A stretch of DNA of 64,000 bases from Haplodiscus bocki (Eukaryota), in assembly GCA_965655095.1 (NCBI GenBank), contig OZ296654.1, positions 39,928,001-39,992,000 on the forward strand, written 5' to 3'. The notes below the pieces were generated by a model. That model worked only from the letters and a program-made list of their open reading frames with translations. It did no database searches and was not told the origin of the DNA. The translations under genes were made by a program, and so were the position numbers. Below, piece after piece: positions 23,785 to 36,324 of this stretch. How positions within the stretch are numbered: position 1 is the stretch's first letter; each line of letters opens with the position of its first letter.

Positions 23785-24520
23785 TTGCTTCTATGCTTGA
23801 TTATATGCGGTGTTATACCTTCTCCAAAGAACTCACTTGCATCTATTGCTGATTTTATTTTTGGGCTTTACCTTCTCTAGTGAACTGATTTGCTTCTATT
23901 TTTGATTATATGCGGGATTATACCTTCTCCAAAAAACTCACTTGCATCTATTGCTGATTTTGTTTTTGGGCTGTACTTTCTCCAGTGAACTGATTTGCTT
24001 CTATTTTTGATTATATGCGGGATTATACCTTCTCCAAAAAACTCACTTGCATGTATTACGGATTTTGTTTTTGGGCTGTACCTTCTCCAGTGAACTGATT
24101 TGCTTCTATTTTTGATTATATGCGGGATTATACCTTCTCCAAAAAACTCACTTGCATGTATTACTGATTTTGTTTTTGGGCTTTACCTTCTCTAGTGAAC
24201 TGATTTGCTTCTATTTTTGATTATATGCGGGATTATACCTTCTCCAAAAAACTCACTTGCATCTATTGCTGATTTTGTTTTTGGGCTGTACTTTCTTTCT
24301 CCAGTGAACTGATTTGCTTCTATTTTTGATTATATGCGGGATTATACCTTCTCCAAAAAACTCACTTGCATGTATTACGGATTTTGTTTTTGGGCTGTAC
24401 CTTCTCCAGTGAACTGATTTGCTTCTATTCTTGATTATATGCGGGATTATACCTTCTCCAAAAAACTCACTTGCTTCTATTGCTGATTTTATTTGGGGTT
24501 GAATCTTCTCCAGTGGATTC
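23785..24520. repeat. 105-bp tandem repeat, ~7 copies, itself a dimer of related ~52-bp subunits
   Basis: TCTCCAAA recurs at 23821, 23926, 24031, 24136, 24241, 24350 and 24455. Confidence 0.95.
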
Positions 24521-27432
24521 AATTGCATCTGTTAATGGTTGCTTTGGAGATTTATCTTACCCATTGAGCTCAACTACTTCTTGAGTAAAACATGTGAATT
24601 CTTGATGTCCGATTTTTCGGATAGTGCCGCAAACGTGTCGGAAGTGTGATTAGAAATTTCAATCAAATTTGATCGTTTCAGATATCAAATGTTAATAACT
24701 TCTTACACCGAGGCTTTTGCTTGGCTGTTTGATTTCTGTGAATCTACTTCAAAACAACTCCCAGCAGAGAAAGATTCTTTTCTGCAACCCTTGGAGCCCT
24801 GTGTTATTCGAATGGAATATATCAACTAAGAAGCAATTTGCGCTCAAGAAGACGATCATGCATACAACGCGGTCATTTCATTTCACCCTAGCTCTCAACA
24901 AAACATGAAAATGGCAACAATAACTCTACGAACATTCCTCACATGCTCCATTCAGAGCTCCAAGGTCGATGCTCCATCTCCAGCTGCTCACTACCACTCC
25001 TCTTTCAAATGCACCCTCAACTAAATCTGCGACCGCTAGCGTATGCTCAAGACTTGGAAACGGAGTAATCCACGCTTCGTCTCAGGAAAATAACTTGAAC
25101 TCCAAAAATTGTTACATGGTCTGGAAATGGGCCACAAAACAGTGGAACTAACGAGATTGGCAGCAGCACCGCCGAAAATAAAGACTTCGTGGGTTCTGAT
25201 CACTATTATTCAGAAGTGCAATATTAACATAACGCCTATGATGATGCAACCTTGACTCGCAATGTCTATTTGCCTTCAACGTTACCGCCAATCGCTGCCC
25301 AGTCGAGGATTGGATTGCACTCGCTGACTATCAATCGACGAGTTTTCGCCAGCGATCTCAAAACCCTTCAATCCATCGGAGGATTTATTCCGAGCCATCC
25401 AATTCTAATGTGTTCTACAAGGACACTAATGATCTGTGGAGTTCAACTGTGGTTTGAGGACTGTATCAAATCTGAATAGAACATATGAATATGCGGGATT
25501 AGTTGAATCGGCGGAGTATAGTTAGCAGTTGAAACCACTTACAGAACTAATTATGCAGTCCAGCTGTGAATCAGTTGCAACTCTTGAGCGACGATGAGCA
25601 GTGCAATGTGTCTGGCGTGCGTTTTATGCATGCTCATTTAAATCTTAATGCCTTTTTGTAGGAATGTAGATTTTACACTTGCGGAAGTAAGTGTTATGTC
25701 CCAGGCTTTTGACACATTGTTTTTTCCGATCCTTTCATAGCTCTCATGTGTGCCTACATTTTACTTCTGTATCCCGTCGGCACAAGGATTGCGAAGCACA
25801 GCTTCGCCTGTGTGTGTAAACCTGTGAAAAAAAATAAGTGTTGGTAACAGACTCTACCGGAGTCTGTCATGATTGCTGGCTCAGTATTAACGAAGGGGGT
25901 TAGAGAATTCAAAAAATTGGAAACGTTGAGCTCTTTTCAATCAAAACGTGATGGAAGTGTGTTTTCTGTGAGGTTGCTCGGATCAATAAGTTGCAGGGTC
26001 GGTACTTAGAAGTTATTTTGTTTCGTTTCTGTACACCTGAACAAACTGAAATGTTGGCACTTGGGTTTATCAAGGCTTTGGAGGAATGGTATAGCTCCTT
26101 GAAAAAGTGTTGAATTTTTATTTAGAGCTTCATTTTGCATCACTAATTCAAAGTCATCATTAGCAACTACAGTTCTGTTCTTGAGTCCATGTCCAGATAA
26201 AGTGCCTACATTCCCCACTTCAGCTTCTTTTATATTTATTTGGATCTGTTCTTCCGTCATCAGCTGTCCCGTCATCCTTTCTCGTTCCTAAACCCCTGAA
26301 ACAACAAAGCTTACCTACAAATCTGAGAACCATTATCTTTGACTTCTCGAGTTTGAACCCGCGAAATTTCTACAAGGGTACTGTTTTTCTTTGTTTTACA
26401 AATCCTTTGTGATCAGTGCCTTATGACTTCTCATGCTGAACGATTGTTCACTTTTTGAATGTTTTGTTTTTGCCCGATTTCAATTGCTTAAACGAGTTTT
26501 TCAATCGATTTATTGTTGATGATCGTCACATCACCTACACCTGAGAAAACGATAATACATTTATGCTAACACTGATTGATGTGATTTTTCATTCTTGTTT
26601 GAGATCGTCAGAAAAAAGACGTTTGAATAAAATATCTGAAACAGTCTATCATGTCATCTCGGTGACTTTTTTTGAACTTCTAACAGTGATACAGCTCACT
26701 CAGTTGGTTGTTCACCTACACAATGTGTTGTAGAAATCATCATGTTGAGACGATGCTTCTGTATGCCTATATATCAAATAATCCTAATTGTTTTTCTGAA
26801 ATTTGTGAGCGACTTTGGTCAAGAGATCAAAAGAGTATGTCCCAATGGTGGTGGATGGTCTGAACTGGATTGTTTGTCTGGGGGTGATATTCCATAAGTA
26901 GACTTTTTTGAGCTCAATAATTATCAATACTATGATTAAAATCTGGTGCGTTAATGAGTTACCAACGTTTTGAGAAACATGCTGATTTACATGAATGAGT
27001 TGAGAACGTTTGGAAAATTTACTTTTTTGGGATATGAATGATGAAGGGTTTTTCTCACGGTCCTCTAACTGCAAAAAAGTTAACATTCTTTCAGTTGGCA
27101 GGGAGGATTTCGGAATATCACTCGCACAATCATTATTGAAATTTTCATTAGTTTGGTGCAGTAGAATAGAGACTCTGCCGTAGTCAGATCTTTCTGTTAT
27201 TGACGAAGTACTCGGTAACCTGAGACGGTTACATTTTCTGAAAACTTGTGGAGATGTATCATGATCACAGATCAAGATACTAGGACGTTTATAAACGCCA
27301 GTAGTAGCAAGATTTTGCGCCAGGAAGTTGAAAATTGCCTGTAGTAGTAGGAATTGAATCCAGCCAATTCCTGTAAAACACTTAATATCGCCATTTGTCA
27401 ATTACGCCAGAAATTGAAAACGCCAGGGCTTC

Positions 27433-27464
<32 letters not shown>

Positions 27465-29201
27465 CATGGATTTATGGATTTACCCACTGGTTTCAAAAAC
27501 TTCGGATTTGTCTATCCTGTCAGTTTCAAGCCATCGGATTTTTCAGGTTTTTTTATTCCGTTGCAGTTTCCACAGGAGGATATCAGTTGCATTGTACAGC
27601 GATCCTCTGCACTTTAATAGTTTTCCACCATTTTCCAGTACAGATTATTGACACTCTTCCTACTCCATAAACGAGGCTCTTTTTCTAGAACTTTTCTGAG
27701 ATTAGTCAGTCTTTTCATTCTAACGTAGAAGTTTTCTATGGTTTTTTGTAGTCTGGTCTTTGGCTGCAAAACTTCTCGACTTCCTAGTCGTTCTTATCAG
27801 TCAGATATACCATGCCACAGTCGTATTTCCGTTTTAGGAACGATACAAATTACAGTATGTTGAACCAATTAAGGTAATGAGAAATCGGTAGCAGTTAGAG
27901 GTTTTTCAGTCTCTTTTTTACAAGTCTTCTTGTTAATGTTTTAAGTATTGAAATTTTACGTTGCTGAGAATTCAAAATAGAAGGTTTGATTCAGCACTTT
28001 GACCTTATCCCTTTTATCACTGCTACACATGATCTGCCGTAATCTTTTTCGACAACGTACTTGACTGTTGCGGTTTTTGGATGTCTAAAGACCAAAATCT
28101 GATCCTTCTGTTCCATCAGAGTTTGTTGATAATTTGTTCTTTCCAGAGTTGGTGGTTGAGGGATCATCTCTGTGAGGTTGTCAACTCTTCTTTCTCGGTA
28201 ACTCTCGGTTTTGGAAGAAATCCGTTATCTCGTGTCTGAGGTCTCCCAATTAGATGGAAAGAGCTACTGTTTTTCAAGGCGGAAGACTTGCAAATGAAAT
28301 TTCGTTTTCAAACACGGACTTCAATGAAATCGCCGCAGTACCGGTACAACATTTCGCTCAATTTCAATTTAGAGTGGGCATCAACTCGAATGCCTATGTA
28401 CATCATTTTATCCATCAATTCTATATATGTAGTTCCAAAGATTCTGTTTTGCAAATGCTAGCTTGTTCTTCTTGTGGGACACTCAGCAGAACAGAAATGG
28501 TTTTATGGTCAGTGCAAACAAAACGTTTTTTATTTTTTTCTTTCTTGACACAGCGGTTTTCATAGAGTTTCATCAAGCATTTTCTCAGGTAAGTGGCGAA
28601 TTGTATCGCTTGTCTCAGCAGTTGCTCGGCAAAAGAATCATGGACCTCGTGATCACAACCTCTACAAATTACTAGAGTTAAGCAGTTTGTAAAAACAATT
28701 TGTGTCTTCATTTAACGCAAGATGTCTCAACTTAAATAAAACATTGCTTGCTATCTCAATAAAATTGTAATTCAGTCGTTATAGTTATGCCAAGTCAATG
28801 CAGTTTCAATACCTATATGTCAAGATTGAAGAAAACTACAAGTTGACTATTTTCAAAACTGCTAAAATAGCTCCGCTTTCAAGCTTCCAGCGTGAGAAAA
28901 CCATTCAAAAAATCATCGAAAAAAATTCTTACTATTTAATGAGTGGAGCTCGAAACGTTGCCTGTACAAAATAAGTTTCACTCACTAGCCTATGGTGAGA
29001 AAGAAGGACTTCTCATTGATTGAGTGTCGTCAAGCCACTCAAAATGAGATAAGTTTTCAGAATCAGAAGACTGTGGAAAATGTTCTGTCTACAACCCAAG
29101 TACAGAATTTAATGGATTAGAGTCTAGTCATCCTTGTTTCAATCAGATAAGTACGTTAAGCTAACGGGAAAATGTAATTAGGTTTTCACTAGTAGTAGTA
29201 A

Positions 29202-29259
<58 letters not shown>

Positions 29260-30995
29260 CATGGATTTATGGATTTAACCACTGGTTTCAAAAACTTCGG
29301 ATTTGTCTATCCTGTCAGTTTCAAGCCATCGGATTTTTCAGGTTTTTTTATTCCGTTGCAGTTTCCACAGGAGGATATCAGTTGCATTGTACAGCGATCC
29401 TCTGCACTTTAATAGTTTTCCACCATTTTCCAGTACAGATTATTGACACTCTTCCTACTCCATAAACGAGGCTCTTTTTCTAGAACTTTTCTGAGATTAG
29501 TCAGTCTTTTCATTCTAACGTAGAAGTTTTCTATGGTTTTTTGTAGCCTGGTCTTTGGCTGCAAAACTTCTCGACTTCCTAGTCGTTCTTATCAGTCAGA
29601 TATACCATGCCACAGTCGTATTTCCGTTTTAGGAACGATACAAATTACAGTATGTTGAACCAATTAAGGTAATGAGAAATCGGTAGCAGTTAGAGGTTTT
29701 TCAGTCTCTTTTTTACAAGTCTTCTTGTTAATGTTTTAAGTATTGAAATTTTACGTTGCTGAGAATTCAAAATAGAAGGTTTGATTCAGCACTTTGACCT
29801 TATCCCTTGTATCACTGCTACACATGATCTGCCGTAATCTTTTTCGACAACGTACTTGACTGTTGCGGTTTTTGGATGTCTAAAGACCAAAATCTGATCC
29901 TTCTGTTCCATCAGAGTTTGTTGATAATTTGTTCTTTCCAGAGTTGGTGGTTGAGGGATCATCTCTGTGAGGTTGTCAACTCTTCTTTCTCGGTAACTCT
30001 CGGTTTTGGAAGAAATCCGTTATCTCGTGTCTGAGGTCTCCCAATTAGATGGAAAGAGCTACTGTTTTTCAAGGCGGAAGACTTGCAAATGAAATTTCGT
30101 TTTCAAACACGGACTTCAATGAAATCGCCGCAGTACCGGTACAACATTTCGCTCAATTTCAATTTAGAGTGGGCATCAACTCGAATGCCTATGTACATCA
30201 TTTTATCCATCAATTCTATATATGTAGTTCCAAAGATTCTGTTTTGCAAATGCTAGCTTGTTCTTCTTGTGGGACACTCAGCAGAACAGAAATGGTTTTA
30301 TGGTCAGTGCAAACAAAACGTTTATTTTTTTCTTTCTTGACACAGCGGTTTTCATAGAGTTTCATCAAGCATTTTCTCAGGTAAGTGGCGAATTGTATCG
30401 CTTGTCTCAGCAGTTGCTCGGCAAAAGAATCATGGACCTCGTGATCACAACCTCTACAAATTACTAGAGTTAAGCAGTTTGTAAAAACAATTTGTGTCTT
30501 CATTTAACGCAAGATGTCTCAACTTAAATAAAACATTGCTTGCTATCTCAAAAAAATTGTAATTCAGTCGTTATAGCTATGCCAGGTCAATGCAGTTTCA
30601 ATACCTATATGTCAAGATTGAAGAAAACTACAAGTTGACAATTTTCAAAACTGCTAAAATAGCTCCGCTTTCAAGCTTCCAGCGTGAGAAAACCATTCAA
30701 AAAATCATCGAAAAAAATTCTTACTATTTAATGAGTGGAGCTCGAAACGTTGCCTGTACAAAATAAATTTCACTCACTAGCCTATGGTGAGAAAGAAGGA
30801 CTTCTCATTGATTGACTGTCGTCAAGCCACTCAAAATGAGATAAGTTTTCAGAATCAGAAGACTGTGGAAAATGTTCTGTCCACAACCCAAGTACAGAAT
30901 TTAATGGATTAGAGTCTAGTCATCCTTGTTTCAATCAGATAAGTACGTTAAGCTAACGGGAAAATGTAATTAGGTTTTCACTAGTAGTAGTAAAG

Positions 30996-31039
<44 letters not shown>

Positions 31040-34000
31040 CATGGATTTATGGATTTACCCACTGGTTTCAAAAACTTCGGATTTGTCTATCCTGTCAGTT
31101 TCAAGCCATCGGATTTTTCAGGTTTTTTTATTCCGTTGCAGTTTCCACAGGAGGATATCAGTTGCATTGTACAGCGATCCTCTGCACTTTAATAGTTTTC
31201 CACCATTTTCCAGTACAGATTATTGACACTCTTCCTACTCCATAAACGAGGCTCTTTTTCTAGAACTTTTCTGAGATTAGTCAGTCTTTTCATTCTAACG
31301 TAGAAGTTTTCTATGGTTTTTTGTAGTCTGGTCTTTGGCTGCAAAACTTCTCGAGTTCCTAGTCGTTCTTATCAGTCAGATATACCATGCCACAGTCGTA
31401 TTTCCGTTTTAGGAACGATACAAATTACGGTATGTTGAACCAATTAAGGTAATGAGAAATCGGTAGCAGTTAGAGGTTTTTCAGTCTCTTTTTTACAAGT
31501 CTTCTTGTTAATGTTTTAAGTATTGAAGTTTTACGTTGCTGAGAATTCAAAATAGAAGGTTTGATTCAGCACTTTGACCTTATCCCTTGTATCACTGCTA
31601 CACATGATCTGCCGTAATCTTTTTCGACAACGTACTTGACTGTTGCGGTTTTTGGATTTCTAAAGACCAAAATCTGATCCTTCTGTTCCATCAGAGTTTG
31701 TTGATAATTTGTTCTTTCCAGAGTTGGTGGTTGAGGGATCATCTCTGTGAGGTTGTCAACTCTTCTTTCTCGGTAACTCTCGGTTTTGGAAGAAATCCGT
31801 TATCTCGTGTCTGAGGTCTCCCAATTAGATGGAAAGAGCTACTGTTTTTCAAGGCGGAAGACTTGCAAATGAAATTTCGTTTTCAAACACGGACTTCAAT
31901 GAAATCGCCGCAGTACCGGTACAACATTTCGCTCAATTTCAATTTAGAGTGGGCATCAACTCGAATGCCTATGTACATCATTTTATCCATCAATTCTATA
32001 TATGTAGTTCCAAAGATTCTGTTTTGCAAATGCTAGCTTGTTCTTCTTGTGGGACACTCAGCAGAACAGAAATGGTTTTATGGTCAGTGCAAACAAAACG
32101 TTTTTTATTTTTTTCTTTCTTGACACAGCGGTTTTCATAGAGTTTCATCAAGCATTTTCTCAGGTAAGTGGCGAATTGTATCGCTTGTCTCAGCAGTTGC
32201 TCGGCAAAAGAATCATGGACCTCGTGATCACAACCTCTACAAATTACTAGAGTTAAGCAGTTTGTAAAAACAATTTGTGTCTTCATTTAACGCAAGATGT
32301 CTCAACTTAAATAAAACATTGCTTGCTATCTCAATAAAATTGTAATTCAGTCGTTATAGCTATGCCAAGTCAATGCAGTTTCAATACCTATATGTCAAGA
32401 TTGAAGAAAACTACAAGTTGACAAAATTTTTCAAAACTGCTAAAATAGCTCCGCTTTCAAGCTTCCAGCGTGAGAAAACCATTCAAAAAATCATCGAAAA
32501 AAATTCTTACTATTGAATGAGTGGAGCTCGAAACGTTGCCTGTACAAAATAAGTTTCACTCACTAGCCTATGGTGAGAAAGAAGGACTTCTCATTGATTG
32601 AGTGTCGTCAAGCCACTCAAAATGAGATAAGTTTTCAGAATCAGAAGCTTGTGGAAAATGTTCTGTCCACAACCCAAGTACAGAATTTAATGGATTAGAG
32701 TCTAGTCATCCTTGTTTCAATCAGATAAGTACGTTAAGCTGACGGGAAAATGTAATTAGGTTTTCACTAGTAGTAGTAAAAGTAGTAGTAGTAGTAGTAG
32801 TAGTAGACATGGATTTATGGATTTACCCACTGGTTTCAAAAACTTCGGATTTGTCTATCCTGTCAGTTTCAAGCCATCGGATTTTTCAGGTTTTTTTATT
32901 CCGTTGCAGTTTCCACAGGAGGATATCAGTTGCATTGTACAGCGATCCTCTGCACTTTTATAGTTTTCCACCATTTTCCAGTACAGATTATTGACACTCT
33001 TCCTACTCCATAAACGAGGCTCTTTTTCTAGAACTTTTCTGAGATTAGTCAGTCTTTTCATTCTAACGTAGAAGTTTTCTATGGTTTTTTGTAGTCTGGT
33101 CTTTGGCTGCAAAACTTCTCGAGTTCCTAGTCGTTCTTATCAGTCAGATATACCATGCCACAGTCGTATTTCCGTTTTAGGAACGATACAAATTACAGTA
33201 TGTTGAACCAATTAAGGTAATGAGAAATCGGTAGCAGTTAGAGGTTTTTCAGTGTCTTTTTTACAAGTCTTCTTGTTAATGTTTTAAGTATTGAAATTTT
33301 ACGTTGCTGAGAATTCAAAATAGAAGGTTTGATTCAGCACTTTGACCTTATCCCTTGTATCACTGCTACACATGATCTGCCGTAATCTTTTTCGACAACG
33401 TACTTGACTGTTGCGGTTTTTGGATGTCTAAAGACCAAAATCTGATCCTTCTGTTCCATCAGAGTTTGTTGATAATTTGTTCTTTCCAGAGTTGGTGGTT
33501 GAGGGATCATCTCTGTGAGGTTGTCAACTCTTCTTTCTCGGTAACTCTCGGTTTTGGAAGAAATCCGTTATCTCGTGTCTGAGGTCTCCCAATTAGATGG
33601 AAAGAGCTACTGTTTTTCAAGGCGGATGACTTGCAAATGAAATTTCGTTTTCAAACACGGACTTCAATGAAATCGCCGCAGTACCGGTACAACATTTCGC
33701 TCAATTTCAATTTAGAGTGGGCATCAACTCGAATGCCTATGTACATCATTTTATCCATCAATTCTATATATGTAGTTCCAAAGATTCTGTTTTGCAAATG
33801 CTAGCTTGTTCTTCTTGTGGGACACTCAGCAGAACAGAAATGGTTTTATGGTCAGTGCAAACAAAACGTTTATTTTTTTCTTTCTTGACACAGCGGTTTT
33901 CATAGAGTTTCATCAAGCATTTTCTCAGGTAAGTGGCGAATTGTATCGCTTGTCTCAGCAGTTGCTCGGCAAAAGAATCATGGACCTCGTGATCACAACT

Positions 34001-34541
34001 TCTACAAATTACTAGAGTTAAGCAGTTTGTAAAAACAATTTGTGTCTTCATTTAACGCAAGATGTCTCAACTTAAATAAAACATTGCTTGCTATCTCAAT
34101 AAAATTGTAATTCAGTCGTTATAGTTATGCCAAGTCAATGCAGTTTCAATACCTATATGTCAAGATTGAAGAAAACTACAAGTTGACTATTTTCAAAACT
34201 GCTAAAATAGCTCCGCTTTCAAGCTTCCAGCGTGAGAAAACCATTCAAAAAATCATCGAAAAAAATTCTTACTATTTAATGAGTGGAGCTCGAAACGTTG
34301 CCTGTACAAAATAAGTTTCACTCACTAGCCTATGGTGAGAAAGAAGGACTTCTCATTGATTGAGTGTCGTCAAGCCACTCAAAATGAGATAAGTTTTCAG
34401 AATCAGAAGACTGTGGAAAATGTTCTGTCCACAACCCAAGTACAGAATTTAATGGATTAGAGTCTAGTCATCCTTGTTTCAATCAGATAAGTACGTTAAG
34501 CTGACGGGAAAATGTAATTAGGTTTTCACTAGTAGTAGTAA

Positions 34542-34599
<58 letters not shown>

Positions 34600-36324
34600 C
34601 ATGGATTTATGGATTTACCCACTGGTTTCAAAAACTTCGGATTTGTCTATCCTGTCAGTTTCAAGCCATCGGATTTTTCAGGTTTTTTTATTCCGTTGCA
34701 GTTTCCACAGGAGGATATCAGTTGCATTGTACAGCGATCCTCTGCACTTTAATAGTTTTCCACCATTTTCCAGTACAGATTATTGACACTCTTCCTACTC
34801 CATAAACGAGGCTCTTTTTCTAGAACTTTTCTGAGATTAGTCAGTCTTTTCATTCTAACGTAGAAGTTTTCTATGGTTTTTTGTAGTCTGGTCTTTGGCT
34901 GCAAAACTTCTCGACTTCCTAGTCGTTCTTATCAGTCAGATATACCATGCCACAGTCGTATTTCCGTTTTAGGAACGATACAAATTACAGTATGTTGAAC
35001 CAATTAAGGTAATGAGAAATCGGTAGCAGTTAGAGGTTTTTCAGTCTCTTTTTTACAAGTCTTCTTGTTAATGTTTTAAGTATTGAAATTTTACGTTGCT
35101 GAGAATTCAAAATAGAAGGTTTGATTCAGCACTTTGACCTTATCCCTTGTATCACTGCTACACATGATCTGCCGTAATCTTTTTCGACAACGTACTTGAC
35201 TGTTGCGGTTTTTGGATTTCTAAAGACCAAAATCTGATCCTTCTGTTCCATCAGAGTTTGTTGATAATTTGTTCTTTCCAGAGTTGGTGGTTGAGGGATC
35301 ATCTCTGTGAGGTTGTCAACTCTTCTTTCTCGGTAACTCTCGGTTTTGGAAGAAATCCGTTATCTCGTGTCTGAGGTCTCCCAATTAGATGGAAAGAGCT
35401 ACTGTTTTTCAAGGCGGAAGACTTGCAAATGAAATTTCGTTTTCAAACACGGACTTCAATGAAATCGCCGCAGTACCGGTACAACATTTCGCTCAATTTC
35501 AATTTAGAGTGGGCATCAACTCGAATGCCTATGTACATCATTTTATCCATCAATTCTATATATGTAGTTCCAAAGATTCTGTTTTGCAAATGCTAGCTTG
35601 TTCTTCTTGTGGGACACTCAGCAGAACAGAAATGGTTTTATGGTCAGTGCAAACAAAACGTTTTTTATTTTTTTCTTTCTTGACACAGCGGTTTTCATAG
35701 AGTTTCATCAAGCATTTTCTCAGGTAAGTGGCGAATTGTATCGCTTGTCTCAGCAGTTGCTCGGCAAAAGAATCATGGACCTCGTGATCACAACCTCTAC
35801 AAATTACTAGAGTTAAGCAGTTTGTAAAAACAATTTGTGTCTTCATTTAACGCAAGATGTCTCAACTTAAATAAAACATTGCTTGCTATCTCAATAAAAT
35901 TGTAATTCAGTCGTTATAGCTATGCCAAGTCAATGCAGTTTCAATACCTATATGTCAAGATTGAAGAAAACTACAAGTTGACAATTTTCAAAACTGCTAA
36001 AATAGCTCCGCTTTCAAGCTTCCAGCGTGAGAAAACCATTCAAAAAATCATCGAAAAAAATTCTTACTATTTAATGAGTGGAGCTCGAAACGTGGCCTGT
36101 ACAAAATAGGTTTCACTCACTAGCCTATGGTGAGAAAGAAGGACTTCTCATTGATTGAGTGTCGTCAAGCCACTCAAAATGAGGTAAGTTTTCAGAATCA
36201 GAAGCTTGTGGAAAATGTTCTGTCCACAACCCAAGTACAGAATTTAATGGATTAGAGTCTAGTCATCCTTGTTTCAATCAGATAAGTACGTTAAGCTGAC
36301 GGGAAAATGTAATTAGGTTTTCAC

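Larger units (their letters stand above)
19025..27434 (+). mobile_element. SET-domain / tyrosine-recombinase DNA element (Crypton-like) inserted in an (AGT)n microsatellite
   Basis: 8410 bp absent from the five other repeat units and bounded by (AGT)n on both sides. Imperfect subterminal inverted repeat ctggcgctttcagttct (19034-19050) / agaaattgaaaacgccag (27409-27426). Encodes a YR. Confidence 0.9.

Noticed and set aside
23785-24520. CRISPR-like array next to a recombinase
   Set aside because: Units are contiguous near-identical repeats with no unique spacers, there are no cas genes, and the context is eukaryotic.
19025-27434. DIRS/Ngaro retrotransposon or prophage origin for the YR element
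   Set aside because: No RT/RNase H, no split direct repeats or ITR/ICR structure, and no phage genes. The SET and C2H2 domains are eukaryotic-type.
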